64,000 bases of DNA from an uncultured Armatimonadia bacterium (GTDB lineage Bacteria > Armatimonadota > Zipacnadia > CAVVLO01): the NCBI GenBank assembly GCA_963749155.1, contig CAVVLO010000002.1, positions 32,001-96,000 on the forward strand, written 5' to 3'. Of this stretch, positions 63,098 to 64,000 are shown one piece after another (positions within the stretch are counted from its first letter, which is position 1; each line of letters opens with the position of its first letter). The notes under the pieces are model-generated. The model was not told the origin of the DNA and made no database searches. It was given only the letters and a program-made list of their open reading frames with translations. Position numbers and translations under genes: made by a program.

Positions 63098-64000
63098 TTG
63101 TCGAGTAGAGCTAAGCGGACCCTGATCCTTATTATCGCTGTCCTCATTGCGCTCTTCGTCTACGTGAAGGTCCAGAAGTGGCTTGATGGCCATTACGCAG
63201 AGCAGTTCAAAGAGCTTTCTGAGGAAAAGCGCATCTCGGCTGCGGCCAAACTGGTTAACCGCGAGAAGTTTGCCGAAGCCCTGGCAGCCAAGCCTTATGC
63301 TCGCCAGGAGAACGGCTTGCTGGCTTGCGCCAAACTGGCTGAGACCAAACCTGAGGCGTTTGAGGCAATGATACGCCTTTTCGGTTTCGTCGAACTGGAT
63401 TCTCCAGTCGTAGAAACGAGCCGGGAAACTCCTTGTCCAGAAAGGCAACGCAGCAACCCAGGCAGTTATTGAAGGGCTCAACCAGCCACGTAACGATAAC
63501 GATCCTGCTGATGAGCTGAAGATCCGCCTAAACTGTGCCAGTATCTTGGGCGATCTGGGCGATGAGGCAGCTATCCAGCCTTTGATTGACACCCTGAACA
63601 AGAAAGATATGCGTGAGGCAGTTGGTACGCGCAAGCGTTATGACTACACGCTTTATGAAGACTGGCCAGTTAAATACGCAGCCTGCGGCGCCCTGCTCAA
63701 GCTTGGAGGCGATAAAGCCATTGCGGCTGTAAGCAACATCTCCAGGGAACTGGTTGCCACTCTGGTGAATACCGAGGCTGACGAGACCGAGCGCGTAACT
63801 GCTGCTACTGCTTTGAAAGACATTGCCGATCCTACCAGTGTAACCACACTGACCCGGGTAGCCACCACTGACAGCAACTGGATAATCCGAAAACTGACCG
63901 TCCAGGCTTTGGCCGCGGTTGGAGACACTGCTTCAGAGCAGGCCCTGGTGAAAGTTGCAACTCTTGGTGAAACCAGCGAGCTTGCTCAGCCCGCCACTTA
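63098..64000 (+). CDS. Membrane-anchored HEAT-repeat protein (frameshift near 63420; runs off the window end)
   Basis: N-terminal TM; shifted frame reads IRLNCASILGDLGDEAAIQPLIDTL, VKYAACGALLKLG, RVTAATALKDIAD, IRKLTVQALAAVG. Confidence 0.75.

Noticed and set aside
1..64000. CRISPR array, tRNA/rRNA, IS or prophage
   Set aside because: No regularly spaced direct repeats, cloverleafs, transposase, integrase or phage structural motifs seen; intergenic gaps are short

Overview
Bacterial chromosomal window of moderately high GC with about 45 genes. I found no rRNA, tRNA, CRISPR array or mobile element. The gene mix (many secreted glycoside-hydrolase-like proteins, a DUF6785-type membrane protein, a SpoIVB/S55 peptidase fused to a propeller, DUF4838, DUF4380) suggests an Armatimonadota-like carbohydrate specialist; this is inference only. 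Housekeeping blocks: murJ-lepA-hemW; argC-argJ-argB-argD-galT-galK-M24 peptidase-smc-ftsY-aminotransferase; mtnP-mtnA-mtaD; DUF362-lipoyl ligase; polX; ogg; bioY. About a dozen genes are broken by small indels, most likely long-read assembly errors. Most notable: (1) a full-length FtsZ-fold protein whose GTP-binding and GTPase loops all look eroded (9840-10718), upstream of a small TM/coiled-coil gene, an orphan DNA methyltransferase and polX; (2) several secreted clan GH-A barrels lacking their catalytic glutamates, one with a GATase-like domain inserted in the barrel; (3) a stand-alone secreted Cys/Gly-repeat lectin-like gene with phased operator-like boxes and a structured 260-nt leader; (4) an unannotated 45-aa ORF resembling a split-off GalT N-terminus. 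All family calls come from reading motifs by eye; no database searches were run.
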